Source: a virus. Taken from it: a DNA stretch of 64,000 nt. Below the pieces are notes generated by a model, which did not search any database, was not told where the DNA came from, and saw only the letters and a list, made by a program, of their open reading frames with translations. The translations under genes and the position numbers were made by a program. This document shows positions 49,945 to 59,523 of this stretch, one piece after another. Positions within the stretch are counted from its first letter, which is position 1. The number at the start of each line of letters is the position of its first letter. The stretch lies in the IMG/VR virus record IMGVR_UViG_3300027974_000021. One strand, given 5' to 3'.

Positions 49945-50381
49945 TGGACACTAAATCTTTTAATTACAAAAAACAATCGCACGTTGAACAAGTGAATGAT
50001 GAATCTTTTGAAAATAAAGAAAAGATGAATACTAATAGAAATCAAGATTTAATTGGTGCAGTTATATTTGCAATTATATTAATATTACTTTTAACTTTTA
50101 TGCCAAAATCTGCTATATCAACTGAAAAGAAAATTAAAGATGAAATTACAGAATGGTATGAGAACACAACAATTTCGATAGCAAACGAAATAGTTTCTTT
50201 AGGAAATTCAGTAATTTCTGTTCCTAATAAAATAGAAACTGGATTATCTAATTTTTGGCAAGAAACAAAAACATATCAAATTGAAAGCTGGTCTAAAACA
50301 AGAGAAGAAAATCCAGTAGTGTTTTCAACAATTGATAAATTAAAAGAATATTTTGTACCAAATGGAACTGAAACGAAATGA
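49944..50381 (+). CDS. Hypothetical membrane protein
   Basis: Single TM segment LIGAVIFAIILILLLTFM. Confidence 0.5.
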   Translation: MDTKSFNYKKQSHVEQVNDESFENKEKMNTNRNQDLIGAVIFAIILILLLTFMPKSAISTEKKIKDEITEWYENTTISIANEIVSLGNSVISVPNKIETGLSNFWQETKTYQIESWSKTREENPVVFSTIDKLKEYFVPNGTETK

Positions 50382-50463
50382 TATTATCTTATATATTTTT
50401 AATCATATTTTTTGCTGTAATAATTGGATTATGGTATCTATTAATTTCAGATATAATTAAATA

Positions 50464-50676
50464 ATGCATATGTTATATAATAAAATATTTATACATAAAC
50501 TTGTTGAAGATCTAGATGATGTAAGAGAGTATGTTGAAAACAACATGCCAGTTGCAGCAATTTCTAGAATCAATTTAATTAAAAAAGATATATTAAAAGC
50601 ATCAAGTGCTATTGATCAAGAAACTAAAATTAGAGGTAAGGTGACTGTAATTAGAAGAAAAGGGAATCATTGCTAA
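50464..50676 (+). CDS. Hypothetical protein
   Basis: 70-aa ORF in operon. Confidence 0.45.
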   Translation: MHMLYNKIFIHKLVEDLDDVREYVENNMPVAAISRINLIKKDILKASSAIDQETKIRGKVTVIRRKGNHC

Positions 50677-51068
50677 TGAAAAGATTTATTTTTTTAACTA
50701 TATTCTACCTTATGCTTAGTTTTTTCCTTGCGAAAGCAGTGAGCGCACAAGCGATAGTAAGATCTTTCAATTCAGATGCATTTGTCACAGCTTATATTAA
50801 TGGCAATGCGTATGGGTATGATGCAGATAGAATTAATCGACAATCTGGTCCGAGAAATTCCTGCATTTATGAAAGTCAAGAAAGAACCAAAGATGGTGTA
50901 GTTATTGGCAGAGATGAAGTGAAGCGATGCCACGAAGAAGTAAAAACTGGTGAAAGTGATTCTTCTTTAATAAAAGATTTGATTACATCACCTCTTGGTG
51001 AAACGATGATAGTACTAATGTCTTCTCTTTTATTACAAAGAGTTGCTGGTGGTACATCTGCTAGATAG
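50670..51068 (+). CDS. Hypothetical exported protein
   Basis: Signal peptide ending AVSA; two Cys. Confidence 0.5.
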   Translation: MLMKRFIFLTIFYLMLSFFLAKAVSAQAIVRSFNSDAFVTAYINGNAYGYDADRINRQSGPRNSCIYESQERTKDGVVIGRDEVKRCHEEVKTGESDSSLIKDLITSPLGETMIVLMSSLLLQRVAGGTSAR

Positions 51069-51083
51069 AAAGGAGGAAACGAT

Positions 51084-51536
51084 ATGAAAAAAATATTATT
51101 AATAGGTTCGTTAATGTTCTTAGGAGCATGTGCTGGTAATTTGTCTAAATTAGATGGCAAAGCATCAGTTGACGGAAACGAAGATTTAATTAAAGTTGCA
51201 GCATTAGTATGTAATGAATTTAAATCTACTGACGCAGTATTATATGGCTGTGGTTCTGGTGTGTCTTCAGACATGGAGTTATCAAAATCAAAAGCAATAT
51301 TAAATGCTAAAATTTCTGTTGCCGATGTATTATCAAACAGCTTAACAAAACAAGAAACATTGTCAACGACTGAAAGTACAAAAGACGGAGTAAATCGTCA
51401 GTATCAGTCAACAGAGAAAAACCAAACATTTGAACAATCCTTATCAAAGTATAAAGTTGTTTATGATAAACAATTTTTAGATCAAGGAAGATTCAGATCT
51501 TTTATAGTGATTGAATATAAAATAAAATCTCTATAA
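51084..51536 (+). CDS. Lipoprotein (LPP20-like)
   Basis: MKKILLIGSLMFLGAC lipobox; YGCGSGVS.D..LS..KA...AK; SD AGGAGG. Confidence 0.65.
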   Translation: MKKILLIGSLMFLGACAGNLSKLDGKASVDGNEDLIKVAALVCNEFKSTDAVLYGCGSGVSSDMELSKSKAILNAKISVADVLSNSLTKQETLSTTESTKDGVNRQYQSTEKNQTFEQSLSKYKVVYDKQFLDQGRFRSFIVIEYKIKSL

Positions 51537-51543
51537 TCCCATC

Positions 51544-51587
51544 TTTACTTGCAATTAAAAATGGGGTATAATATACCTATACCCCAT
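51544..51587 (+). promoter_or_regulatory. Early promoter overlapped by 10-bp inverted repeat
   Basis: TTTACT-N17-TATAAT; ATGGGGTATA / TATACCCCAT. Confidence 0.7.
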
Positions 51588-51596
51588 AAAAATATT

Positions 51597-51764
51597 ATGA
51601 AAACCTTAAAAGAATTAAAAATAGAATTAAAAGAACTTCAAAACGAACACGAGTTTGAATCAACTAACTATCTAAAAAACAATTATAATCTCAAAAAAAT
51701 AGAAGAAGATATTGTTGAATTACAAGATACAATCAATAAAAGGGAGAAATATACAAATGCCTGA
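51597..51764 (+). CDS. Small coiled-coil protein
   Basis: [15 protein letters not shown]; start moved downstream of promoter. Confidence 0.5.
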   Translation: MKTLKELKIELKELQNEHEFESTNYLKNNYNLKKIEEDIVELQDTINKREKYTNA

Positions 51765-52854
51765 TTTTTTAAAAGACGCAATAAAAGATATTAATAACGA
51801 ATATGCTGGTACAGCTGATGGTGATTTAGTCGGAGATTCTACATCATTTGTAGATACTGGATCTTATATATTCAATGCTTTATTATCTGGTAATATCTAT
51901 GATGGCTTACCAGCAAACAAAATTACTGCATTAGCAGGAGAACCATCAAGTGGAAAAACATTTTTCACATTAGGAATTTGTAAAACATTTCAAGAATTAG
52001 GGAAACAAGCAGGCATTATATACTTTGAAACAGAGGGTGCTATCACTAAGGATATGTTAGCTGAAAGAGGAATAGATCCTAAAAGATTTGTATTAATACC
52101 TGTATCAACAGTACAAGAATTTAGAAATCAAGCTACAAAAATTTGTGATAATATTGATAGAGTTCCACTTGAAGCAAGACATCCTATTTTAATTGTATTA
52201 GATTCTCTTGGTAATCTTTCAACTGAAAAAGAAGTAAAAGATATTATTGAAGGAAACGACACACGTGATATGACGAGAGCACAATTAATTCGTGGTGCTT
52301 TCAGAGTACTTGCTTTAAGATTATCTAAAATACAAGTTCCTATGATTGTCACAAACCACACATATGATGTAATTGGGGCTTATGTACCAACAAAAGAAAT
52401 GGGTGGTGGTTCTGGATTAAAATATGCTGCATCAACAATCGTGTATCTATCTAAAACAAAAGACAGAGACAGTGAAAAAAATGTAGTTGGTAATATTGTA
52501 AAAGCCACTTTACAAAAATCTAGATTTACAAGAGAGTTTTTGAAAGCTGAAATAAAACTTTCGTATGAAAAAGGTCTTGACAGATACTATGGATTAATTG
52601 ACGTTGCAGTTGATGCTGGTATATGGAAAGATGAGGGTGGAAGAATTGATGTTGGTGGAACCAAAGTTTTTGGTAAAGCTATTAAAGAAAACCCTGAGAA
52701 ATATTTTACAAAAGAAGTATTAGATAAAATAAATGAATATACTCAAAAAGCATTCAGATATGGATCTACTATTGAACTATCAGATAAAGTGAGTGAAATA
52801 CAACCAGAAGAGAAAAAAGATGGTGGACGAAAAACAAAATCAAAATCCGAATAA
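51757..52854 (+). CDS. uvsX: RecA-like recombinase
   Basis: [31 protein letters not shown]; start at MPDFL with SD GGGAG. Confidence 0.93.
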   Translation: MPDFLKDAIKDINNEYAGTADGDLVGDSTSFVDTGSYIFNALLSGNIYDGLPANKITALAGEPSSGKTFFTLGICKTFQELGKQAGIIYFETEGAITKDMLAERGIDPKRFVLIPVSTVQEFRNQATKICDNIDRVPLEARHPILIVLDSLGNLSTEKEVKDIIEGNDTRDMTRAQLIRGAFRVLALRLSKIQVPMIVTNHTYDVIGAYVPTKEMGGGSGLKYAASTIVYLSKTKDRDSEKNVVGNIVKATLQKSRFTREFLKAEIKLSYEKGLDRYYGLIDVAVDAGIWKDEGGRIDVGGTKVFGKAIKENPEKYFTKEVLDKINEYTQKAFRYGSTIELSDKVSEIQPEEKKDGGRKTKSKSE

Positions 52855-53335
52855 ATCGGAAATTCCAGCTACAAGGGAAAATTTATTTCCTTTCATTAAT
52901 CCTGACTCATATCAGTCTAAAGAAGCATATGAAGCAGCAAGGGATGAGTATCTTAAATCACAACCAGTAATTGTACCACCATATGAAACTTTAGAAACTA
53001 AAGGTAAATATGGAGCAAATGAACTTAGATTTAAAAATGGAATACTTGAAAATGTAGTTGTATCCTTTGGTAAAGTATCATTTGAAAATCAAACAGATGG
53101 TAATATTAAATTATTCTACGAGTATGATGCTGATGTAGAAAAATCATTACATCCATTTAATGTAGAGATACCAGAAAGTAAGCAATTACTTGAAAGACAT
53201 TTAGGAGACTTTCTTATGGCTTGTATAGAAGAACAAGTTAGAAATAAAACTATTTTGTTTAGAGGTGGCAGCGAAGAAATGGAAGCATATACAAAAAAAA
53301 CTAAAACTGATGAGAATAGAAACAACAATACTTAA
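52820..53335 (+). CDS. Conserved hypothetical between uvsX and gp41
   Basis: G.L..VVV.FGKV.F.....L..EYD...LGD.L motif; synteny. Confidence 0.55.
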   Translation: MVDEKQNQNPNKSEIPATRENLFPFINPDSYQSKEAYEAARDEYLKSQPVIVPPYETLETKGKYGANELRFKNGILENVVVSFGKVSFENQTDGNIKLFYEYDADVEKSLHPFNVEIPESKQLLERHLGDFLMACIEEQVRNKTILFRGGSEEMEAYTKKTKTDENRNNNT

Positions 53336-54713
53336 AAATTTACTTCATGATGAGGATTATGCTCGTAAAGTTGTACCACATTTACGTGAAGAATATTTCC
53401 AAGATAAAATTGAAAGAGCAATTGCTAGTCAAATACTAAAGTTTTTTATTAAATTTAATAAACCAGCTACAGTTGAAGTTATTGATATTGAACTTGGTAA
53501 TGATAAAGCTTTATTTGAAACTGATTATCAACAAGCACAAGCTTATACGAAAGACTTAAAGAATAAAGAAGATATAAATTCTAAGTGGTTAGTTGACGCA
53601 ACTGAAAAATTTTGTAAAGATAAAGCTGTCTATAATTCTATTATGGATAGTATTAAAATTATAGATGGTCGTGATAAAGTAAGAAAACAAGACAGTATTC
53701 CTTCTTTACTATCTGATGCACTTTCAGTTTCTTTTGATAAATCAGTTGGTCATGATTATCTTGAAAATGCGGACGATCGTTTTGATTTCTATAAACGTAC
53801 AGAAGAAAAAATACCATTTGATATAGATTTGTTTAATACTATTACACGTGGTGGTGTAAGTAATAAAACTTTGAATGTTGCCTTAGCAGGAACAGGAGTT
53901 GGTAAATCTTTATTCTTATGTCATTTTGCATCAGCAAATTTAATGAATAATCTTAATGTACTCTATATAACTTTAGAGATGTCTGAAGAAAAGATTGCTG
54001 AACGTATTGATGCGAATTTATTAAATGTCACTATGGATGAGTTAAAAATCCTAGAGAAAATAGATTTTACTTTACGTGTTGATAGAGTGAAAGAAAAAAC
54101 TAAAGGAAAACTTGTTATAAAAGAGTTTCCTACAGCAACAGCACATGTTGGTCATTTTAGATCATTACTTGATGAACTAAAAATGAAAAAAGATTTTAAA
54201 CCAGATGTTATTTACGTGGATTATTTAAATCTATGTGTTTCTGCTAGATTAAAATATGGTGGAAATAATAATTCTTACACTGTTATTAAGAGCATAGCAG
54301 AGGAATTAAGAGGACTAGCAGTACAATATGATTTACCTATAATGACTGCTACTCAAACAACAAGACAAGGATTTACTTCTTCTGATTTAGGATTAGAAGA
54401 TACTTCTGAATCATTCGGTCTTCCAGCAACAGCTGACTTTATGTTTGCGATTATTGCTACTGAAGATATGATTAAAGAAGGAATAGCAAGTGTAAAACAA
54501 TTAAAGAATCGTTATAACGATCCTAATTATTATAAAAGATTTGTCGTTGGTGTTGAAAGAAACAAGATGAAAGTCTATAATCTTGAAACAGAACATATGA
54601 AAAGACATATGGCACTAGCCGACGCAGGAGATTCTACACCTGTATTTGATAAAGGAAATATAGGTGAAAGAATAAAGGCAGAAACAACATCATCGTTTAA
54701 ATTCGATGAATAA
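53310..54713 (+). CDS. gp41: Replicative helicase
   Basis: LAGTGVGKS, YITLEM, DYLN, TSESFGLPATAD, KQLKNRY; start at MRIETTIL. Confidence 0.95.
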   Translation: MRIETTILKNLLHDEDYARKVVPHLREEYFQDKIERAIASQILKFFIKFNKPATVEVIDIELGNDKALFETDYQQAQAYTKDLKNKEDINSKWLVDATEKFCKDKAVYNSIMDSIKIIDGRDKVRKQDSIPSLLSDALSVSFDKSVGHDYLENADDRFDFYKRTEEKIPFDIDLFNTITRGGVSNKTLNVALAGTGVGKSLFLCHFASANLMNNLNVLYITLEMSEEKIAERIDANLLNVTMDELKILEKIDFTLRVDRVKEKTKGKLVIKEFPTATAHVGHFRSLLDELKMKKDFKPDVIYVDYLNLCVSARLKYGGNNNSYTVIKSIAEELRGLAVQYDLPIMTATQTTRQGFTSSDLGLEDTSESFGLPATADFMFAIIATEDMIKEGIASVKQLKNRYNDPNYYKRFVVGVERNKMKVYNLETEHMKRHMALADAGDSTPVFDKGNIGERIKAETTSSFKFDE

Positions 54714-54728
54714 CATAAAGGAAAAAAG

Positions 54729-56027
54729 ATGACAACAAAAGTGATAACCGCAGCAACTAAAGTTGATTGTGAGCATTTGCTTGCGACTTTTGTAGATCAT
54801 TCACACTATGACACTTTGGTGGAATATGATTGTGATTTCTATGCTCCATCTGTAGATGGGATAAACAGCGAGAAAAACATTCTGTTTAAGTTTAGAAAAA
54901 ATTGGTTTACGAAAGAGCAACAAGACTTAGCATATAAAGGTCTTCGAGAAGCAGCAGTCGAAACACAAAATCGTGGCATAGCAGCAGGACCAAAAGGTTC
55001 AAAACTTGGTGGTCGTGACTGGGTGACGGAATATCAAGAAGAAATGCTTGAAGCATTATCTAAGTATGAAACTACACTTGATGGTTCTAATCCTATAACA
55101 ACAATCACAGAAAAATATAAAAACAAAGATAAAACAGCAGCAGGAAACAGAGGATCTGTTTGGCTTAAGAATAAAGTCACTGATGAAGGATTTATCTTTG
55201 AAGAGTGGTTAAATGAAATAAAATCATTATCTCGTGATGAAATAGTGAAAGAAGCAATACGAGTAAAGTCTAAATTGACTTCAACAACTTCATATGCGCA
55301 AGCAGTGTGGTCTGGTATTGCTGGATATTTTGATAGATATCCTCGTATTCCTTATGGAAGAGCAACATCATTTACTGAAAAGAATCCTGAGAAATTTGCT
55401 ATGGGGTTCCCATTCTTACAAAAACTTTCAGATGGTTTTAAACAATTACTGCCTGAACGTTTTGCGAAACAAAAAGAAGCATGTGACAAAATGGATCCAA
55501 AGTTTATTATTCCAGGAACTGTATTTACTACAGCGACTGTAAATAAAACTTTTAGAACAGCAGCACATAGAGATGCTGGTGATTTAAATGAAGGATTTAG
55601 TAATCTTACAGTAGTATCAAACAATGGTAAGTACAAAGGAGGTTATCTAGTACTACCAGAATACAAAGTTGCTGTAAATATACGTCCAGGAGATTTATTA
55701 TTAATTAACAATCACGAGGGTATTCATGGAAATACTGAAATGACTGTTGAAGATCCTGAAGCAGAACGTATTTCTTTCGTTTGTTATTTCAGAGAAAAGA
55801 TGCTAGAACTTGGCTCTTGGAATTATGAATTAACAAGAAAAAATTACGTTGAAGATAGACGTAGAAATAAAGACCATCCATTACAAAGAGAACTTTGGAA
55901 TGGAGTTTCAGAAAATATGTGGAAAGATCAAGAATGGTATGATTATCTAACATCTAAATTAGGTAAAGAATCATTATACAAATACCATCCTGAAGCAAAT
56001 AAATCTTCACTTGAAGCATTTTTTTAA
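54729..56027 (+). CDS. TET/JBP-family 2OG-Fe(II) dioxygenase
   Basis: SGIAGYFD, FRTAAHRDAGD (HxD), IHGNT, RISFVCYFR. Confidence 0.8.
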   Translation: MTTKVITAATKVDCEHLLATFVDHSHYDTLVEYDCDFYAPSVDGINSEKNILFKFRKNWFTKEQQDLAYKGLREAAVETQNRGIAAGPKGSKLGGRDWVTEYQEEMLEALSKYETTLDGSNPITTITEKYKNKDKTAAGNRGSVWLKNKVTDEGFIFEEWLNEIKSLSRDEIVKEAIRVKSKLTSTTSYAQAVWSGIAGYFDRYPRIPYGRATSFTEKNPEKFAMGFPFLQKLSDGFKQLLPERFAKQKEACDKMDPKFIIPGTVFTTATVNKTFRTAAHRDAGDLNEGFSNLTVVSNNGKYKGGYLVLPEYKVAVNIRPGDLLLINNHEGIHGNTEMTVEDPEAERISFVCYFREKMLELGSWNYELTRKNYVEDRRRNKDHPLQRELWNGVSENMWKDQEWYDYLTSKLGKESLYKYHPEANKSSLEAFF

Positions 56028-56029
56028 AC

Positions 56030-57034
56030 ATGTCTCTCCATGAATTTTTAGGAGAGGAACGAGCACTAGATTGGTATTATACTGCTAATTCTTTAAACAA
56101 GGGATTAAAACTTGGTTATCGGAGAGTATCTGGTAAGATAGGATTAACAAATAAAGAATCTGGTGTTCGTGGCGCATGGGTAGAAAAAAGAATTGCACTC
56201 TTTAAGAACTTATTCGCATCTGGTTATTCAATAATTCCTTTTTCAACACCAACAGAAGCAACAGCAGCAGATGGATTTACATCTGTTGATACATACACAA
56301 ATTGTGATATACTTATATTAGAATTTGGTGGAACAAATTTACAATTCTATAAAAAAGATTGGGACAAAACAGTTGAACTGATTAAGTCACATTCTGGTAA
56401 AATAATATTCATTAACGACGATCCTGATCTACCATTTCTTTGGGAGTTATTACCAAATGAAAAATGGGATAGATGGGTAGTCGCAGCAAACGCAACCAAC
56501 TCTGCAGAAGTTTCAACAATTCTTAAATGCCCAATAGGTGTAAGAGTTGTAGATTTACCAATGGCGAATGGAATGTCATTTGAATCTTTTTCAAATGGTG
56601 ATATAGATAAAACTGTTTATATCGGAAGACCAAATGGAAGAACAAAATACTTCAAAGAATTTTTAAAGTCATCAAGTCTTGAAATATCAGGAAAACCAAA
56701 AGAGTGGACTGATTTTAATATAAACGTTATTGAAAATCCACAACAAAAAGATCGAAGAAAATTTTATAGAAATTATAAAGGATGTTTAACTGTTTATGAT
56801 AGTAAGCATAAAACATCTGGATGGAGAACTGGTCGTGCTTTTCATGCACTTTATGCTGGTATTCCAGTTTGTGCACCATCTGGAAATAATGGTTTAAATT
56901 GGACATATCCTGTAGAAACTGCAGAGGACTTAACTAAATTTACATCGTTATCAGATGAAAAACGTAAATTGATTTGGGAAAAACAAAAATCAATTATTCA
57001 AAATGAAACAAATATAGATTTAATTTTATTATGA
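56030..57034 (+). CDS. Putative GT-B DNA glycosyltransferase (beta-glucosyltransferase-like)
   Basis: ~334 aa; DILILEFGG..LQFY, IIFINDDPDLPF, VYIGR..GR, TGR...ALYAGIPV; adjacent to TET/JBP. Confidence 0.55.
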   Translation: MSLHEFLGEERALDWYYTANSLNKGLKLGYRRVSGKIGLTNKESGVRGAWVEKRIALFKNLFASGYSIIPFSTPTEATAADGFTSVDTYTNCDILILEFGGTNLQFYKKDWDKTVELIKSHSGKIIFINDDPDLPFLWELLPNEKWDRWVVAANATNSAEVSTILKCPIGVRVVDLPMANGMSFESFSNGDIDKTVYIGRPNGRTKYFKEFLKSSSLEISGKPKEWTDFNINVIENPQQKDRRKFYRNYKGCLTVYDSKHKTSGWRTGRAFHALYAGIPVCAPSGNNGLNWTYPVETAEDLTKFTSLSDEKRKLIWEKQKSIIQNETNIDLILL

Positions 57035-57480
57035 TAGTATCTTACGATATGGATGGTGTTCTTGCACTAAACCCACCACCAAATATAAAAAAATGGGGAC
57101 ATATGAATGGGGCTGAAAGAAGAGCAAGAAAAGAATTTCTATATGATTGGTATAGTTCTGCTGAACTATTATATAAACCAACTGAAGATAAATTTCATGT
57201 AATTTCAGCAAGAAAGAAAGACCAACGCACATGGGAAATAACGATGAATTGGTTAAATAAATATTTTCCTGGAAGAGTAATTTCATTATCTTTATTAAAT
57301 GTACCAAGAACTGTGAACAATGTAGTAAAGTTTAAGAATGATGCGATTAACTCAATTGGTGCAATCGAGCATACTGAAGATAATAAAAAAGTATTAAGAG
57401 GTATTTCAAAAATTAATAAGACTATTAAATTATACTTTTGGGAAAAGGATATGACAAACAAGGAAATATTCAATGGCTAA
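57031..57480 (+). CDS. HAD-family phosphatase
   Basis: YDMDGVL motif I, ISAR motif II, K, ED motif IV. Confidence 0.75.
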   Translation: MIVSYDMDGVLALNPPPNIKKWGHMNGAERRARKEFLYDWYSSAELLYKPTEDKFHVISARKKDQRTWEITMNWLNKYFPGRVISLSLLNVPRTVNNVVKFKNDAINSIGAIEHTEDNKKVLRGISKINKTIKLYFWEKDMTNKEIFNG

Positions 57481-58063
57481 AAACTATTTTCATTTAAAAC
57501 TTCCTTTTAAAGACCCTTTAAGTGAAAAAGGTATGACGTGGTTTCACAATCTACCACCTTGTTTTATACAAGTACCAAATCAATATTTTAATCCAGAAGC
57601 TGTTGAGTTTTTTAAAAAACATAAATTACTCTATTGGGATGCTGAGGTTTTTTCATTTCCTGCAAATTACAAAATGGAAATACATGTTGATGCTGTTGAG
57701 TTTTCAGAAAAATGTAAATTAAATTGGGCTTATAGTAAAGGAGACCATCATAATCTTTGGTTTAAACCAAAACCATCTTGGATACCAAGAGCAACTGACG
57801 GAGAACAAAACGATGGACGTTATGATGACTACAGCTACACTTTTGAAGAAAATGAAGTTGAAGAAGTTGAAAGAACTACTGTAAGAACACCAACTTGTAT
57901 AGTAAGTGGTCAGCCACATAGTGTGCGAACATATAGTGAGCCAAGAAAAGCAATTTCTGTCACTCTATATCCATATGGAACTAATCCACCAGCTTTACCA
58001 AAAGACTGGGGAATGCCAATATCAAACATGAAAGAGGTTTTAAATGATTACATCGTTGATTAG
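57473..58063 (+). CDS. Cupin/2OG-Fe(II)-like protein
   Basis: IHVD...KLNWAY...GQPHSV...R.AISV. Confidence 0.55.
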   Translation: MAKNYFHLKLPFKDPLSEKGMTWFHNLPPCFIQVPNQYFNPEAVEFFKKHKLLYWDAEVFSFPANYKMEIHVDAVEFSEKCKLNWAYSKGDHHNLWFKPKPSWIPRATDGEQNDGRYDDYSYTFEENEVEEVERTTVRTPTCIVSGQPHSVRTYSEPRKAISVTLYPYGTNPPALPKDWGMPISNMKEVLNDYIVD

Positions 58064-58220
58064 AACAATCCTTTGGGGATTTGTTAATATTTTATTCTGG
58101 ATAGTTATAGCAACACTATTCTCTCTTATGATATTTACAATATTCATAGGATATGCACTTGAAAGAATGGGGCATTTTATAGATTGGGTATTTAAACATG
58201 AAAAGAAATCCAGTAGCTAA
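58044..58220 (+). CDS. Small membrane protein (58 aa, not in track)
   Basis: Long hydrophobic stretch ILWGFVNILFWIVIATLFSLMIFTIFIGY. Confidence 0.45.
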   Translation: MITSLIRTILWGFVNILFWIVIATLFSLMIFTIFIGYALERMGHFIDWVFKHEKKSSS

Positions 58221-58332
58221 ATCTTTAAGAACACCCAAATTTAAACAAAAGATTGTAAAGAATAAAAAACAGTATAGCAGAAAAAATAAAACAATAGAAG
58301 AAATTAATCATCACTTTGAAATATATGAATAA
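58198..58332 (+). CDS. ArfA-like basic peptide (44 aa, not in track)
   Basis: MKRNPVAKSLRTPKFKQKIVKNKKQYSRKNK. Confidence 0.5.
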   Translation: MKRNPVAKSLRTPKFKQKIVKNKKQYSRKNKTIEEINHHFEIYE

Positions 58333-58921
58333 ACAATACGATTCTAATTTTTTTTTTCATTTAAAAGAACAATTTGATCCACTACAAAATATGGAAATAA
58401 TTAAAAAATTTCCTACAGGAAAACATATTTTAGATAAAAATTATGCATCACCTAATCTTAAATCTTTTGAAACTGATATATTCGAAATAGCTCAAATAGA
58501 GTTATTCGTCACTCCAGCTGGAGGAAAACTAGGTACTCATATTGATTCAGGATCACCAAGTGGTTCAGTTAAAATGAATTTTAGTTATGGTGATTCTAAT
58601 GCTTATATGGAATGGTTTAAATTTAAAAACGGAATGGCTATACCTGTAAATGAATGGATTGATGCTAGAGATTCTGAGATGGATCAAGAGACAGATCAAG
58701 ATAAAATCACATTAAGATATCGCGATAATGATTGTGAACTTATTTGTTCAGAACTTATAAGAAGACCATCAATTGTAAATGTTTCAATTCCCCATGGATT
58801 AAATTGTGAAAACAGTGATATAAAATGTATGACTGTTGCTGTTCTATTTGAACAATATTTAAATAATGAATGGAATAAAATTACAATGCCAAAGGCATTA
58901 GAATTATGGGGTGATAGATGA
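58325..58921 (+). CDS. Cupin/2OG-Fe(II)-like protein, paralogue of 57473
   Basis: THID...KMNFSY...SIVNVSIPHGL. Confidence 0.55.
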   Translation: MNKQYDSNFFFHLKEQFDPLQNMEIIKKFPTGKHILDKNYASPNLKSFETDIFEIAQIELFVTPAGGKLGTHIDSGSPSGSVKMNFSYGDSNAYMEWFKFKNGMAIPVNEWIDARDSEMDQETDQDKITLRYRDNDCELICSELIRRPSIVNVSIPHGLNCENSDIKCMTVAVLFEQYLNNEWNKITMPKALELWGDR

Positions 58922-59148
58922 AATATAGAATAACTCCACGAAGAACTTTAGTAAAAACATTGATCTATAGAATATGGGTAATACTTTCTTCTTATATAGT
59001 AATTGTTTTGACAGGACAGACTTGGACTCAAGCATTACTGCCCACAATAATATTGAATGTACTTTGGTCAATTTCTTATTACAATTATGATAGGTTATGG
59101 CAGAAGATTGAATGGGGTATTGAACCAATGAGAAAGAAAAGAAAATAA
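58918..59148 (+). CDS. DUF2061-like membrane protein
   Basis: RTLVKTLIYRI...YY.YDRLW.KI.WG. Confidence 0.6.
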   Translation: MKYRITPRRTLVKTLIYRIWVILSSYIVIVLTGQTWTQALLPTIILNVLWSISYYNYDRLWQKIEWGIEPMRKKRK

Positions 59149-59301
59149 TATGAATAAACAATATAATGAATATGATTCGTTCGATTCTAATTGGTCAGCT
59201 GAAATAGAATCAATAAATCCATCAGGGCAAAGTCAAGGAAACGAAGAAGTTGACAATTACAAAACATCATCACTTTGGGAAGTTATTAAGGATATGTTTG
59301 A

Positions 59302-59523
59302 ATGAAAGATCGTTTAAACAAAGCTTGGGAGTTTGAAATAATACTTAACGAGAGCAAAAATAAAATAAAATCTTGGTTTTATTCTGACACTGAAGAAGAT
59401 GCGAAAAATAGAATTGAAAATTATATGAATGCTAAAATTATTTCTTTAAAAGAAATACCAAAGCCAGAACTATATTATGCTGATAATAAAAAAAATAAAG
59501 TTATTAAAGAAAACAAAGTTTGA
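59302..59523 (+). CDS. Hypothetical protein
   Basis: 73-aa ORF. Confidence 0.45.
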   Translation: MKDRLNKAWEFEIILNESKNKIKSWFYSDTEEDAKNRIENYMNAKIISLKEIPKPELYYADNKKNKVIKENKV

